A DNA stretch of 63,918 nucleotides, counting the filler, from Reclinomonas americana ATCC 50394 (lineage: Eukaryota): the NCBI GenBank assembly GCA_048213135.1. It is 12 parts of 12 records of this genome, joined end to end, with 100 filler letters (N's around TTAATTAATTAA, not from the genome) between each part and the next. Parts side by side here need not be neighbours in the genome. Positions count along the whole stretch, not along the records: positions 62,439 to 63,918 come from AFZH01019402.1; 11 more parts are not named here. One strand, given 5' to 3'. The notes below the pieces were generated by a model. That model was not told the DNA's origin. It made no database searches and saw only the letters and a program-made list of their open reading frames with translations. The translations under genes were made by a program, and so were the position numbers. Shown piece after piece: positions 62,601-63,918 of the stretch (the first letter of the stretch is position 1; each line of letters starts with the position of its first letter).

Positions 62601-62744
62601 GCCGACGTGGAGACCGCCGCCCACTTCGACCCCGAGTTCACCTCGGAAGCCGCCAAGGACTCCATCGCCGTCAACCCGAACCGCGAGGTCGACGCCGATT
62701 TCACCGGCTTCTCATTCGCAAACCAATCGGCGCTGGGCAAGTGA
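62601..62744 (+). CDS. Last exon of an AGC-family protein kinase (C-terminal tail)
   Basis: AHFDPEFTSEAAKDS...DADFTGFSFAN: FDxEFT motif plus hydrophobic motif FxxFS/F. Confidence 0.8.
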   Translation, partial: ADVETAAHFDPEFTSEAAKDSIAVNPNREVDADFTGFSFANQSALGK

Positions 62745-63000
62745 GGCGCCACCAACCAACCAGCCACCCATCCTGTCCAATGTTGTCCACTATCTCCACT
62801 CTCTCTCTCTCTCTCTGTCAGCAGCGCTGCGCCACACAGCCGCTGTGATTTTTGCTCCCCCCTCTTCCCTTCTCTGTATCTGTGTGCGTGTCTCTCTCTC
62901 TCTTGCTCCTGCAAAGGCCTGCGAGAGACACCTCTGTCGTCTGTAAAGCTGCGTGCTCTCTCTGGAAATTTCCCTCCCCTCTCCTCTTCACTTGTCAATC

Positions 63001-63202
63001 ATGCCTCGCGCCAGCCTTCTCCTCTTACTCTCACTGTTGTTGTGTGTGAGCATTGTGTGTGTGAGCTCGCGCATTGTTGAGCAGGAGCAGCACGAGCAGG
63101 TTCCGTTGTTCCCGCGCTCGTTCAACAGCACTGTGCAGTTTACGGATGTGACGAGTGCGGTGATTCATACGCGTGTGTTTTATGACTTTGCGGCCAAGTT
63201 GA
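63001..63202 (+). CDS. First exon of a secreted protein, possibly ependymin-related
   Basis: Signal peptide MPRASLLLLLSLLLCVSIVCVSS, then VPLFPRSFNSTVQF..TRVFYDFAAKL before an intron. Confidence 0.5.
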
Positions 63203-63454
63203 GTGTGTGTGCAAGGGAGAAGGAGAAGACAGGGGGAGAGAGAGGGAGAGAGGGAAGGGTGATTTTTGACTGCAAAGTTCGTCACATGAAAACAAACGCA
63301 CTCACACGCTCTCTCTCTCACACTCACACACTCACTCACTCTCACTCACGGTGATCACTGATGCAGTCTTGCACACTAATGCATTCAGTCAAACCTGTCT
63401 ATTCGGAGTCTGTCTGTCGCACACTCACTCACACACAGAGTCTCTCTCTCTCTT

Positions 63455-63495
<41 letters not shown>

Positions 63496-63918
63496 CGCAT
63501 GAGCTGACTGATGAAAGCTGTCGTGTTTAGACAAGTTTCAGTCGTCGCGCTCTCACACTTGCACACTCTCTCTCCTCCTCGTCCCCCTCCTCCTTCTCCT
63601 CTTGCTCTCACTCACACACTCTTTCTCACTCTCTCTCAAACAAATGAGCTGACTGATGCATGAAGCCCTGTTCATTCAATTCCTGTTGTCGGTGTTTGTT
63701 TTGTTTGCGCTCTCACACACTGCTCGCTGCCTCTTTCCTCCTCCTCCTCCTCCTCCTGTTCCTCCTTCCCCTTCTCAATATCTCTAGCACTCTTTGACAA
63801 CCGGTTTGATCGTTCAAGAAGCCCTGTTCATTCAATTCCTGTTGTCGGTTTTTGTTTGTTTGCGCTCTTACACACTGCTCACTCCCGCTTTCCTCCTCCT
63901 GTTCCTCCTCCTTCTGTT

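Noticed and set aside
1..63918. Transposases, reverse transcriptases, rRNA, tRNA or viral genes
   Set aside because: No recognisable motifs by eye; a covariance-model search would be needed to exclude small RNAs.

Overview
Eukaryotic genomic DNA from an intron-rich, microsatellite-rich (CA/GA) organism, most likely a heterotrophic protist. The window is 12 contigs joined by 11 artificial 100-bp spacers (44 N + TTAATTAATTAA + 44 N). Several genes splice in phase across the spacers, so the contigs appear to be in true scaffold order. Most ORFs in the supplied track are shadows or microsatellite noise, so I rebuilt gene models by hand from splice sites. Housekeeping or other genes: a giant membrane-anchored KP-43/TagC-type subtilase, two coiled-coil proteins (one with a BICD/Spindly-type CC1 box), an EamA/WAT1-like transporter, a bacterial-type peroxiredoxin-like gene head-to-head with a PrpC-type 2-methylcitrate synthase, and fragments of DUS1, a probable ALAS, an AGC kinase and a secreted protein. 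The main discovery candidate is an apparent innate-immunity region (about 19-47 kb). It holds (i) a 1510-aa NLR-like protein with the order ubiquitin-like / HEPN (RNxxxH) / NACHT / pentapeptide / 14xWD40, plus a stand-alone 7xWD40 paralogue, and (ii) a tandem array of three TPR / coiled-coil / IRAK-RLK-like kinase / RING genes whose kinase subdomain VI appears to be built from two 4-nt microexons. Across the window a register-shifted 5' splice site, GTTGCGT, is unusually common. All family assignments come from motif recognition by eye; no database searches were run.
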